A DNA stretch of 64,000 bases from Octopus vulgaris (lineage: Eukaryota): NCBI GenBank assembly GCA_951406725.2, contig OX597814.1, positions 140,492,001-140,556,000 on the forward strand, given 5' to 3'. The position numbers were made by a program, and so were the translations under genes. Positions 24,801-38,794 of this stretch are shown piece by piece. The notes below the pieces were generated by a model. It did no database searches. It was given only the letters and a program-made list of their open reading frames with translations, and was not told where the DNA came from. Positions within the stretch are counted from its first letter, which is position 1. Every line of letters begins with the position of its first letter.

Positions 24801-27049
24801 CATGGACATTAAATGATGATGATGACATACTTTTGTAGGATTGTTTGTCAGAGCACTTGTTTTTGCAACTGGATATACCCTTCTTACTGCTAACCATTGA
24901 ACTGTGAATTAAGAATGGATACTGTTTAAACTCCTCAGTCACAATTTCATATAAGAAAATTCCAAACACCAATTTAGTAGTGACAAAATTATTTGACAAT
25001 TCATTATTGTAATGCATAGGTAAAGCACTTTTTATGAAAATATGGTACAGAAAGGGTTAAGCAGACTGTAGCAAGCAGTTATATACCTTTTGCAGGGGCA
25101 TAATGCAAAAATTTGAAACATTTTACTTTAGCTGGTAGTTTAACATTTGAACCTCACTGGTATTGTGTTTCGAGATGAATCTGCTTTCCATTCTAGAGTT
25201 GGATGGGTCTTTAATGTTCCCCTATACTGGTTGAAGGTTCACATCCCACTTGTAAGTTTCATTGTTTTGGGTTGTTTTCTAGAGCTGGTTGACCTTCCAA
25301 ACACCAGCCACCTTACAGTGGACTGGGTGTATTCTATTGTGGAATCAGCACTAGAGAGGATTGACATGTGTTTGACAAATAGACATAAGGTCCTCTCAAA
25401 CCCATGTTTACTTATTCATCAACCACTCTACAAAATGTCCTCAGTGGAATTATAGTGACACCAACACGAATGGGTTTGTCTTGTACTCTCATTACAATCC
25501 TTGAAGCTGAATGCAAGAGACCAGCTGTAACAGAAGAACCAGAACAGCTGAGAGAAGAGAGCAAAAAATTGAGTGATTGGACAGAGAGAGTGATAGAAGA
25601 GGTGAGAGTGCGAAATAGTAAGAGATGGATAAATGGTGAGAGTGAATGATGGATGTCGATATAAATGGCTTTATAGGTGATGATTATAATAATGTGACTT
25701 GGAGACCGTCCTTAACAAATATGTCTGGAAGACATGAGTATTGTTTAAACATAAAAATTTGCTTTCTATCTAATTGGTTACTATGTTAGAATATATCAGG
25801 CATTATTGCATGGCATTGAGACATCAATCCGTATGGAGTTGTAGGAGCATGTACTTTTATATAGTGTCAGTAAGTTTAGTTCTATCTAATCTATTATTCA
25901 AGACATTTTTGTAAGTCTTTGTTATTTGATTAGATACACCATAAAGTGTTCAGTCATCATATGCAACCGGATTGTTTTAATGAATATACCCCCCCCCCCC
26001 AACCTTTTTCTCTTACAACAATATAATTAAATGTTAAAGCAATATTGAGCTTAGATTAATGAAGGCAGTACTCTAACATGACCATGATACTTTAAACAAA
26101 CTTTTTTTTAAAAAAATGTTAAAGACAATATGATAGCAAGTGATTCCTGCCAATGAACAAAAAGATCCTGTTCACAGTTCCCTCTAACAGACTACCTCAT
26201 AAATAGACAACAGACAATACTTATAATAGCTGCTGGCTGGCTGGCTGGTCTGATGTAAATGACCTAACAGTCTATATCATATTTCACAAAGCTGACTTAG
26301 CCATTTGATCACCTACCACTCAGAACATGACATAATAGCCTGATAGATTTCATTCTCATCAGGAAACGGGTTAGACAGCTGATGATGAATATTTAAGTCT
26401 TTTTTTCCCTGGTGAAGAATGTCCCACTCAACATAGTAATTAGTGATACCAGAATAAAGTGAAATGGATTCAGAGATAGAAAACAAACTTGAGAATGAAG
26501 ATTTGGAAGCTATATGATATTATTGCTGTATGTAGCCTCTAAAAGACAACCTACTGCAAGCCACAGACCAGGTTTGTGGATGGAATAAGGTGTCAACTTG
26601 GTAGAGAATACAGGAAATAAGAATTATAAAAATAAAAAGCCAGGCCTGAAAAGAAGTGGCACAAAAGGGACTAAGTGATAGGTAAAAGAGAAGCTAGATG
26701 TCTGGTATACTGAAAAGAACAAGGCTTTGCATTGAGGTTAATTGCAACATATAAATTCAATGGAGCATATGAAGGCAGGGAAGGCAACAGGTACCTCAGG
26801 GTTATTCTCTGAGGTGCTAAAAATATTTGACAGTTAGGGCATGAACTGAACATACATATATATTTCATTACTACCCACAAGGGGCTAAACATAGAGAGGA
26901 CAAACAAGGACAGACAAAGGGATTAAGTCGATTACATCAACCCAGTGCGAAACTGGTACTTTATTTATCGACCCCAAGAGGATGAAAGGCAAAGTCGACC
27001 TCGGCGGAATTTGAACTCACCCTCTGAACATACATATAGTTAATCAGGT

Positions 27050-27512
27050 AGAGCAGAGAGGTGTATGATGCTTGTGTACAAAGCTGTGATTTTGCGTGGT
27101 TGTGAGACCTGGATGCTGAATGTGGGGAATATGCAAAGGCTAAAAAGGAAAATGAGGCAAGTATTTGTTGTGCATTATGTAATGTCAGCTGGTATGAACA
27201 ACAGTCCAAGCATGCTTTGAGAAAAACTGGATATTAAAGATATCTACTATTTTGTGCTAGAGAGGGAAAACATTTGGTCGGAGCATGTGATGTTTTGGGA
27301 TAAAGGGTGTTTCAAATGATTCAAGCAGAAGGAATCTATGAATGAAAATAAAAAACAAAAAAAAAACAAAGAGGACACTATCAGAAGTGATGGGGAGGAT
27401 CTTGGGATGCTGAGCCTCACAAAGATGACAAAGGGCTATGACAAGTTGAGAATCCCTGTACTAACATTCACCCATCCAGGCCTATGCTAACATGAAAAAG
27501 TAGACATAAATT
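27050..27512 (+). mobile_element. Degraded RTE-clade LINE 3' fragment
   Basis: Frameshifted peptides YDACV...GCETW...EAS...CNVS...EKLDIKDI...WSEHVM resemble the RTE post-RT region. The 3' end is cctatgctaacatgaaaaagtagacataaa. Confidence 0.65.
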
Positions 27513-28489
27513 TATTTACGTAATATTTTTTGCTATTTACATAATAAATGTGATTAATTGATAATATACTTGATTTAGAGCACACAAACCAATTATAAAT
27601 AAGTCAAACTGGTCTGTAGAGAAGGTCAGTATTTTGTTGTAAAACTTTTGGCAGAGAATCAGCCAGAGTACCAAAACTGAAACGCAAAAGCTAAAGTATA
27701 AGTCTATAACATTTAGAAAAACTAGAAAGTTCTAACAGAAGAAAAGCTTACAGGTATTTGTGATATTTCTCAACTGAGCAAATATATTTCCCTATGAGCA
27801 TAACTTGTTTGTAAATAATGTTATTGTTTCTAGTATCTTGGAAAAGATTTCTGAAATATCTGCAAATCTTTGTGACTTGATTTATATTTACCATTTTATT
27901 TACAATTTGATTTTATCATAATTCTTTCTCAGCTTAAGTTTGTTTTCTTGATGCATGTAGTCCTACAGAGAAATAATATTATATGCTTAATCTTAAAAAA
28001 TTGGTTTCATAAAAGTGTGATCAATTTCTACTGTTCAGTTGTAAATTGTTTAAATAATAAGGTGAGTTGACTGAAAATAGTTTCTTTGCATTTTGAATGA
28101 TGCATTCAGAAAGATAAATCTATCATCATCATCATTATTCATTGTTCCTTTTTCCATGCTGATGTGTTGGACAGTTTAACAGGAACCAATGAGCTAGAGA
28201 ACTGCACGAAGCTCCGATGTCTATTTTGGCAATGTTCCTACAGCAGGATGCCCTTCCTAATGCCAAACACTTTACAGAATTGTTATATGTTACGTAAACA
28301 AAGACATCATTATGTAAATCTAGTTTTCTCTTTAACATTTGCTTTTTAATTCTCAAACACTTCATGTATTTATTTTTTGTTCTCACCATCTCTAGAAGTA
28401 GTAATAGTTTAATAATCTCCCCACAAGTTATCTAAATTTTGGTAGGAACACTTGAGGATATTTAATAAATCATGTGGCTGCTAGGTCCA

Positions 28490-29045
28490 CCTTTTCAGCT
28501 CTCCAGGCATTAGCAAAAGACTGAGAGCTGAAAGTCAACCTGAGGAAGCTACTGTTCTCAGAAACTGTTGCCTCAACATCACTAAGGCTAGACATGGTGC
28601 TGATCTTAAAAGCATCCAAACAGGTGGTTCTGTTTGAACTCTTTACTCTCTAGGATAACTGCATCAAGGAGGCAAATGAAAGTAAGAGAAGGAAACATGT
28701 TGGGCTGGTGGAGTTGTACCAGAGAAAAGGATGGAAAGCATGCTGTGATCCCAAGAAAGTGGAAAGCAGAAGGTTTACTGGCTAGTCTCTTTTCAGAGCT
28801 TACTACATGCTTGGTATCACAAGGGCCAGTAAGTCAAAGGCCATCAGGTTGGAATTGGAGACAGCGGAGGTTATTTCAAAGTGGCTGTGGGTCAGGAAGC
28901 CCAAGAAGGGGGCAGTGCTACTAGGAGTAGGGTTAACTGGGCACACATTGGGGTTTGATTAACCTCAGCTGGGTCATCTGGGTGAGGATGTCTGATGTGA
29001 AAGGCCCAAAACACCTAATGACCCCGGGAAACACCACTGATGTGT
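28490..29045 (+). mobile_element. HERO-like non-LTR retrotransposon 3' fragment (restriction-like endonuclease and 3' UTR)
   Basis: Frame from 28501 reads KD*ELKVNLRKLLFSETVASTSLRLDMVL...KQVVLFEL...EANESKRRKH...GWKACCDPKKVESRRFTG*SLFRAYYMLGI...AEVISKWLWVR. This matches the RLE pattern RPD...ELT.PWE...K..KY...GW...EVG.RGF...WLW. In-frame stops are present. Confidence 0.8.
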
Positions 29046-32000
29046 ATGGAAAAACTTTCAAACTAACATTGGATAAAATGGATATTCACATAAGTCTGTC
29101 AACATAGGATTTTTGTAATCTGTTACACCAGTCTTAATTTAGAATGTTTTCTTTCAAGTTCTCATCATCTCTGCATTTGTTTATCAATCTCTAATAACCT
29201 TCATTAAGTTGCCATTATCCACCAAATATCACACATTCCAGAAAACTCTTTTGAAGCTATATATTTCTTATATATTTGCTAATTAATTATGTTGCACTGT
29301 ATAACCATTGAAATTCTCCATAGAAAAATCAATAGTCATCTATTATTTGTGATCTCATCTCAATTTATAGAGATGAAAACCCGACAGTCTCTGAAGACTA
29401 ACATAGAAATTATGTTTGTAGTTGTTATGATCTGTGTTGGAAGTATACACCAATAAAACAATTGGTATTTGCTTGCCTAACAATTAATATTTGTTTTGTA
29501 AAACCCTATTTATTCTGTGCTCCCAATCTTCAGACATTAATTGATGTCTTAGTATTTCAACATCAGTTTTTGTTTTATCACCCCTCCCCTCATTTTGCTT
29601 TTAGCCATTGTCAATAACACGTTTTTCTAACACAATATGCACTTTGTTTGATGGCTTCAGGTCAAACCCAACCAAACAGACCTATGATCAAAGGCATTCT
29701 AGCTGTGACCATCTCTTGTTCAAACTTATCTAGGCAACATTTCCTTCACCTGCTTTTAAGATAGAATATATGAGTAAGAATTGGCTGCTATTTCTAGTAG
29801 GTCATTTAACTGTACAGAGACCTCCTTGTAGGATAGACATAGGTTTTGTTTGTTTTGTTTATTTTAATATCAAATTAAGGTATTCCATTCAAGTACCTCC
29901 TTTTTTTATCTCTTTGTAAAATGCACATGTATATACATGCACACATGTAAAATGTCTTTTCAGTGTTGAGAAACTTTAATAATGACCAATTCTTAGTTCT
30001 GGTTTCATAAAATTTAGTGGCTTAGGGATAAATCTTCCTTTGGTTAGGAACAATTTACTGGAAAAACATACTCAATGATGAGGTACCTATTTCAGAATAG
30101 CTAAAAGAAGGGAAGTGAGAGCAATGTCCAAATTAAATACACCAAAATATAATGATTTTGACCCAATAACCAATTAATTGGTTGTTCAGTATCATACCTA
30201 TGTGTGTCACTGGTTGGGTGAGTCCATATTCTTCTACAATTTATTATATTTTCTGCTTTAATTTTGATATTTAAGGCTTGTAATTGAATCCGACCTGAAC
30301 TATAAGCTCATATAGTGCTTGTTATCTGTCCATTCTAGCCAACAAAACAGCTATTGTTTTGCTTCTGGTACTTAGCTATTGTTTTGCTTCAGTACTTGGG
30401 GTTGTAGATAGAACTGCATAGTACACAATGTCTGCAAGAAAAGAAATTTGTGTTCCAAAAGCAAAGTTCTATTGTTTGTCACACTCCTAAACATTGTTAA
30501 TGTTATTTCAAGTGGTTTTGCACTTTATATAGTTTTCAAATGACTCGACATGATGACTCTTGACCTTTACCAATCTGCTTTTATGGGTGAGACATGTAGT
30601 TGATGTTATGTTTGAACATGTGTAAATGTCTGTTGGAAATTGTGGGTTGCAAAGAAGGACTGGAAATGAAATACAGGAAGGATTTTCGTATAAAGGGGAG
30701 AGATGAGTGGGAACATGGAGAGATAGTTATATAGATACCTAGTTACCTAGAGAGAGAAGAAAGAAGCATTGGAGTTAGTCTAGTGGTCGAAGTCTGTAAG
30801 TAAAGAATTGTGAGTAAAATTTGGTTGACACCAAAAAATATCTAGAATATTCGTAAAAATTAAATAACTTAATTTGAAGTTCCAATGCTGATAAATGATA
30901 ACTGAATTTTCATTGACCATATGTTACTGTGAAATAGATTTGTGATTGAGATTATTGGATGGGTAGAAATGACTCCCCAAATTTCTTTGCTGTTGACTAT
31001 TATGAAGGCTTCTACAGCTGGATGTCCTTCCTAATGCCAACCACTTTACAGAGCATACTGGATGCATCTTTTTGAGGCACTGGCACTAGTAAGGTTACCA
31101 AAGACAAGATTTCTTGCCTCAACTGAGTGGGTTTGTAGTATATTGATTTCAAATTTTGGTTCAAAGCCAGCAATTTCAGGAGGGGTTAAGTTGATTACAT
31201 TGACCCCCAGTGTGCAACTGGTACTTATTTTATTGACCCTGAATGATAAAAAGCAAAGTTGACCATGGCATATTTTGAACTCAGAACATGAAGATAAAGG
31301 AGGTACTGGTAAGCATTTTGCCTGGCTTGCTATTAGCTCTAATATCTCACCACTTTAGGGTGTGTAGTATATTAAAAGGAATCTGTTTTCCTAATTGCTT
31401 TGGCATGTTTTACTATGCTAATTACTTCTGCTTTGTGGCTGTAAAGTTACTGTCTTTTCTCTATCATTTACTCCAGTTAGTAGGTTATGATATTTATGTT
31501 TAACAGGTACCCATCCTTTGGTTAAAATCTTTTGATTGGTGTGATTTTCTTGAGATTACTTACTCTATAACTTTTTTTATATCTATTTCTTCTCATCATT
31601 TGTAAATCTATCAATCTTTTACTGCTCTAATTACCCTTTCTTATTCACTAATCTATATTCCAGTTCTGCCATTTCATTCTGATATCATTTGTTTCATCAT
31701 AACTGATTACAACATCAAAAGACCAAGTATATGGACATAAATAGAGACAGCAGAACTATTTGAAATGTAGTCTGTTAAAAAATATGCATGATAAAATTAA
31801 TAGTGCAAAGAATTATTCCATCATTACTCATAATAACTCTTCTATGAGTCAACATTATCGTAGTCTATTAAAAAATATGTAAGATTAAGTCCAAAGGATT
31901 TTTCTAGCTTTACTCATAACTCTTGCACGAACCAACATTATTCCATACAGCACCAATTCTCAGGAAACACATTTGGATTAATTTTATGACATTTGTAGTT

Positions 32001-33971
32001 CATCATAATATGCATGCGTATGTTTGCACATGTGCATATGCGCAGGTCTGTATGTGAATGTTTTCATAAACTGATGTTCAGAGAATGTAATGTGCAGTTG
32101 TATGAAGGGAGTGGGACATTGCTAATGAGGTAAAGACTGCATACTAATGGGACAAATGCTGTGGGAAATGGATAGCTGCTGCCAATGTTAGAAAGACAGA
32201 TGTTACTCTAAGGAGATACATATAGTAATGGAGTTGTTTTTTGAAGTATTTCTACTTGAAAAATAACTTGACAGATAGATTGAAATGAACTCAGTTCCTG
32301 AGGAGTAAATTGTAGATTTGTGTATATTAGCTCAGTCTATTTCACATTTCATTACTCAGTTTCCCACCCAGAGACATTCTAAAGACAAGGCTGGTAATCA
32401 ATGAAACATTTTAATAGTACAACAGGAATGGGGATTTGGCTCTTGTGGATTTGGCTCTTTTTGGGTTATAAGTTGTTGAGTTTCTAAAGGTTCTAAATAA
32501 AAAATCTGAACTAATGTTCAAATGTCATCATCAGAACAAATTTTATGATTGAATTACAAAACACTTCAGATTAATCTACAATATATAGACTGTCACCCTA
32601 ACAGAGGTTTATCAAATCACAAACTAGATGAAACCAACCAGATGCCCACAGATCATTCTACATTTGCTACATCATTCAAATACACCAAAGCTTTCATCAT
32701 TAACCATCCTTGATTGAAGATTGAACCTGGGTATGAAACTCTGAGTATTTAACTGTAAAGTGGCCTGGGCTCTGTAATTAAGAAGTTTGCTTTTCAACCA
32801 CATGGTTTCCGGTTCTGTGGCACCTTGGGCAAGTGTTTTCTACTATAGCTTAAGGCTGACCAAATCCTTGTAAGTCAATTTGGTTGATGGAAAATTTAAA
32901 GAAGTGTGTATGTGGGGGGGTTACATGTGTACTGTATGGAGTCACTACAAATGGTGTGTGTTGTCACTTTTTCTGACAACTTGTATGTTCATTTTGAGCC
33001 TTTAAAAAAAAAGAAAGAAAATAGTGTTGGCCCATCGTTGACAGAGGTGTATAGTGACTCCATAAATCTTTTATAATAACTCTCAATCATTAATGGAAGG
33101 TGCTTGGAAATAGAACAGCCAGCTGTCACTTGCAAGCAAATATAGTATTAGGAGATTGTGTAAACTGCAAGCATAGACACTCTCTTGACCTCCTCGCCTT
33201 TGACACTGCAGAACAGCCAGCTTGTAACAGCTGGTGAGAGGGTGGACTGCAGCAACCTGAAAACAAATTACATCACTCAAGGGCATAACCTAATAGTTAT
33301 GAGCTGGACACTTTAGCCACTAGATTACGCATATTTTAACTGGTACATGCATCATCATTTTAATGTCTTCTTTTCCATGCTTGCATTGATTGGATGGAGT
33401 TTATTGAGGCAAATCTTCTACGGCCAGAATCCCTTCTCTGTCACTAACCCATACCTGTTTTCAAGCAGTATAATATTTCTCCATGGTCAGACATATTTTG
33501 CTGAATATTGGAAATAAAAGACATTCAATTACAACAATCACACAATATCAAGACAAAGAAACATATGCTCACACACACACACACACACCATAGGCTTCTT
33601 TCAGTTTCCATCTACCAAATCCACTCATAAGGCTTTGGTTGGCCCAGGGCTATATGAGAAGACACTTGCCCAAGGTGGCATGCAGTGGGACTGAACCCAG
33701 ATCCATGTGGTTGAGAAGCAAATTTCTTCATCACACAGCCACACCTGTGCCTACATCAATTAAAATATGATTTGGCTATATAGAAATAAACATAGTTATG
33801 CTGTGAAGGAAATGAATTAATAGCAAAACACATTTTTTTTAGTAATACTAATATTAAAAACCGTTTTAGTTTATTCTTTTTAGTTATTTTTTAATGAGCT
33901 ACAATTATATTGAATTTATAATACCACATTAGCAAATTCAATATAATTAGTATTGAGAGATGGTTCAGTGT

Positions 33972-34157
33972 TTAAAACCCTTTAGCATTCAGATTACTCT
34001 ATTAAATGCTGTGCTTATTTATTCAAATTGTTTTGAATTAATCATGTATTATCTCATAGCTTCAGGATTTCGATGATGCGATTGTTTCTTTTTAAAATGA
34101 CATCCTAGAGTAGGTGTGAGAAGCTGGATATGTCCAGCTTACATGCTAAAGGCTTAA
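33972..34157. mobile_element. piggyBac-like MITE, same family as 16089
   Basis: Ends ccctttagcatt and atgctaaaggcttaa. Internal sequence is shared with 16089-16299. Confidence 0.75.
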
Positions 34158-36808
34158 ACTGTATTGCATATTTTATATATTTTTGCTTTACACTCCAACT
34201 AATTTGAAGACACATCATCATGAGACGTTGATTTATATTTCCTAATTTTGTTTTCTGGATTATGCTTAAATGTTTCTCAAGTGGCATCTGTGAAAGAATT
34301 CTGGGGAGCTTTGCATAGTAAGGGGCTGTTTTTAATCAAATTTAGTAAAATATAGGCATGGAATGTATGCTCAGACATGGATGTGTGGTTAAGAATATCA
34401 CTTTGCAACCACATAGTTTGTGGTTTAGTCCTCCTGCATAGCACCTTGGGCAAATGTCTTCTATAACCCTGGGCTGACCAATGCCTTGTGAGGGAATTTG
34501 GTTGATAGAATTTGTTCAAATAAACCTGTCATGGTAGTGCCCCAATGACTGAAACAAGTAAAAAATTAAAGATGAAAAATATTAAAACAAAAATACAGGG
34601 TGGGGCTATGCCACTGGCATATTCAAACTGATAACAACAAAGCATTTATAAAAAAAAATACCATTCACCATTTCAAAGGCATATTATTATTGAGGTAGCA
34701 AGCTGACAGAATTGTCAGCTTGCCAGATAAAATGCATAGTAACGTTTCGTCTGGCTTTACATTCTGTGTTCAAAGTTGCTGGCCTCATACCAAAATTTGG
34801 AATAAGTATTATTTGTATTATTTAATGTCTTATTGGAATTAGGGTAGCAGGGCTTACCTGTAAAATATACGGGTTCTGAAAATCATGTAAAGGTTCCATT
34901 AAAATATGTTTGGGAAATGCTATCTTTGATTTGCTTTCAACATACATAGTATGGCAGTGTGGTTTAGAAGTTTGCTTTTCAACCATATGGGTTTTGGTTC
35001 AGTCCCACAGTGTGACTCCTTGGGTGAGTGTCTTCTACTATAGCCCTAGGCCAATCAAATCCTTTTGAATCGATTTGGTAGACAAAAACTGAAACCTGTT
35101 GTATGCATGCATATGTGCACGTGTGTATACATGTGCGTAAGGAGAGTGTCTCTGTGTCTTGCCATCACATGATTATTGCAGATGAATGTAATTCATTCCC
35201 AATATTCTGTGGAAACATACCTGGCTCTGTGAAAATATTACCTTGCTTGGAGATGGGTACAAGTTGGTGAGAGGAAGGGCATCCAGTTGTTTGAGAGTCT
35301 GCTTTAATAATCTCTGTCTGATCCATGCTAGCATAGAAAAGTGAACCTTAAAACAATAGCAATAATAGTGATAATTTACTTGAAAATCACTGAAATAAAT
35401 TTTATAATCCTATTGGAATGTTTGATTCTGATGCTAATACAGAGTCTGTGCCTAATATTTAACTGCAGAATATCTGAAAATTTTGATATCATGATTTTAA
35501 TATTCTCAGATAAGCTGCTGTAATGTCAACAAAATCAATATAGCAATTTCTGGTTTTTTTTTTTCATATCCTGTAAATTTATGTTTGATCACAAACACAG
35601 CTTTGGCAGTTTAACCTGTCTACAGGAAATGAACTAAAAGCCATTATCAAATTAATATTCTTAAATGCATGTTAAAATGATATTTGTACTGTTGTCTAGT
35701 GTTTTGTTGTGAACATTTGTTAAATCATGTTTTGGAGCTCTAGCCACTTTCCTACTTTCCCTTAGAGAGTATCTGATGGTACATGGCTTGTCCCTCGCCA
35801 TCAGTTACAACAAGCATTCCAGTTGAGCCAATTAGTGGAACAGCCTACTCATGAAATTAACATGGAAGTGGCTGAGCTCTCCACAGACACACATACCCTT
35901 AGCATAGTTCTCAGGGAAATTCAGCATAACACAGAATGTAATAAGACTGGCCTTTTGAATTCAAGTACAACACCTTTTTGCTAGCTGAGTGGACTGGAAC
36001 AAGAAAATAGTCTTGCTCAAGGACACAGCACACTGCCAGGAATTGAACCCATGACTTTACAGTCATTAGCCAAATACCCTAGCCATTAAACCATGCATCT
36101 TCTGATGGTATGTGTAACCAACACTAATAACATGCTTCTGCATAATTTCATTATTTTCACCATTGTTTTTTAATGCCCACTTTTCCATACTTGCATGGTT
36201 CAAACAGAATTTATTGAAGCAGATTTCCTAAAAGGTGCCTCTTTAGTTGCTAACCCTTACCTGTTTCTAACCGAGGTAATATTTCCCCATGGCCAGACAT
36301 GTTTTTGCAGAATATTGGAAATGAATGGCACTCATTTACAACAATCGTGCAATGCCAAATCAAGGAAATGAACATGCACACATGCACACACACACATATA
36401 TATGATGGGCTTGTTTCAGTTTCCTTCTACCAAATCCACTCACTGAGTTTTAGTCAGCCTGAGGCTATAGTAGAAGACACTTGCCCAAGATGTCACACAA
36501 TTGGACTGAACCCAAAATATGTGGTTTCAAAGTAAGCTTTTTAACCACACAGCCATGCGTGTGCCTATGTGGAGATCTGTGATAAATTCATCTCTGACAC
36601 GTCAAACTCCCTATTAACTTACTTGCGAAATTATAATCAATTTTTCTGCTTGCTTAGTGTTGCTATGTTTTAAAACCCAATGTGAGGTTTTTTAAAAAAA
36701 GAAAACTGATAAAAATGAAACTGTTATTGATTAGTTATATGTGATATTTCTAGTGTATTGCTGTTACAAAAATGGTAGTTATTTAAGAAATTAGGTTATT
36801 TTATAATA

Positions 36809-37331
36809 CGAGGGTGAGTCAAAAAGTAATGCCATTTTGTTCAGGACAAGTATAATTACCAACACAGCAATATGTATCATACATCAAAATGAAGCTGGTC
36901 CTCTGTCGATCACATTCCTACTTTTCAACATAGTCACCGTTTCTCTCAGTAGCAATGTTCCACCTTTGAATGAGAGCATGTATCCCTGTCCCATAAAATT
37001 CTGTTGACTGTTCTTTGAGCCACTTCTTCACTACAGTTTTCACTTCCTTGTCACTGTGGCGCTGAAGAGACGATAGTCTGAAGGCACTAAATCTGGTGAG
37101 TGTGGAAGAAGTGAAGTAGTGACTCAAAGAACAGTCAACAGAATTTTATGGGGCAGGGTACATGCTCTCATTCGAAGGTGGACATTGCTATTGAGAGAAA
37201 TGGTGACTATGTTGAGAAGTCGGGATGTAATCCACAGGGGACCAGCTTCATTTTGATGTATGATACATGTTCCTGTGTTGGCAATTATACCTGTCCTAAA
37301 CAAGATGGCATTACTTTTTGACTCACCCTCG
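36809..37331. mobile_element. Mariner-derived fold-back element
   Basis: TA|CGAGGGTGAGTCAAAAAGTAATGCCA...TGGCATTACTTTTTGACTCACCCTCG|TA with ~220-bp inverted arms. Each arm carries the mariner transposase C-terminus, VKKWLKEQSTEFYGTGIHALIQRWNIATERNGDYVEK on the minus strand. Confidence 0.92.
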
Positions 37332-37538
37332 TAAGTGTGTAATCAATATGTATTGTATAAGTTGTTTTTAGGCATCAGGTCAACCCTGATCAAGCAGATC
37401 TTATTAAAAGTACATCAAGATCTTTTAAGAGTACATCTATAATTTCATTATACAATGTGTCCTTTCCCTCTGTAATGATACATTGTGATTTAGGGAGATG
37501 TGGCTGTTATTTCTAGCAGATTGAGTAACCATGTACAC

Positions 37539-37723
37539 CAGTGGTTTTCAACCAGGGTGTCCACATAAAATTTAGTTTAGGTGCAATAAATTGGCTATAT
37601 TTCTACAGTCTGCAAAATATGAGTACAATAAGATTTTCTTAAACATCAAATGAGTATAAAAATCCAGTAGGGTTAAATAGGAATCAAATGGGTCCATAGG
37701 CAGAAGGTGGTTGAGAACCACTG
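37539..37723. mobile_element. hAT-like MITE inserted in a family D repeat
   Basis: TIRs cagtggttttcaacc and ggttgagaaccactg. Imperfect 8-bp TSD atgtacac/atgtagag. Confidence 0.75.
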
Positions 37724-38757
37724 ATGTAGAGGCTCCCTTATTGGCTCAATTGTGTAATACAATCAGGAGCTTAATTGCTGTAAATATGGACACTCTGGCA
37801 CTCTGCCAGTTATGATGATGAGGGTTCCAGTTGATCTGGCGGATGAAACAGCCTGCTTGTGAAATTAACTTGCAAGTGGTTGAGCGCTCCACAGACATGT
37901 GCACCCTTAACATAGCTCTCAGGGAGATTCAGCATGACACAGTGTAACAATGCTGACCCATTGAATTATAGGTACAACTCATTTTTGACAGCTGACTGGG
38001 TTCTAAATAATATCCAATTTCTTATATTGATTGAAATGTTTGCTTGATGATAGATGACTTTGTTTGATATTTCACACCCCCCCCTTCTTTCATATCATCA
38101 TCATGATGACATTCACTCTTTTGTACTTGCATGGTACAGATGGAATTTGTTGAGGTAGATTTTCTACAGCTGGCTGCTCTTCTTGTCACCAAGCAAAGTA
38201 ATATTTCCCTATAACCAGACATGTTTTTTCATAGAAATTGGGAACAAATAACACTGCATGTATGATGAAGATATTTAGTTAAAATCCCCTGAATAATTTC
38301 TACTATATGCACAAGATCACAAATTTTATATCAAACCCAGTACTTAATTGGTATATTATTTTATCAACTTCAGAAGAATGAACTAATTGATAGTTTCAAA
38401 TTTTGACACAAGGCCAGCAAATTCAGGGGAGGGTGTAATTCAATTACACCAACCCTATTGCTCAACTGGTACTAATTTTATCGACCCTGAAAGGATGAAA
38501 GGCAAAGTTGATCAATATACTGCAAAGCATTTTGTCTGTCATTCTAACAATTCTGCCAGCTGACCACCTTAGTAGTAGTAGTATTTGATGGGGTTTTTAA
38601 AAATATATATTGTTTCATTTAATTTCATATTATTGTGGTATAGGTGCGGGTATGACTGGTGAAATAAGTATCCGGCTTAAAATAGAATCAACTAAACCTG
38701 TCAAGCTGGAGTTCCAGCATGGCTGCAATCCAGTGACTGAAACAAGTAAAAGATAAA

Positions 38758-38794
<37 letters not shown>

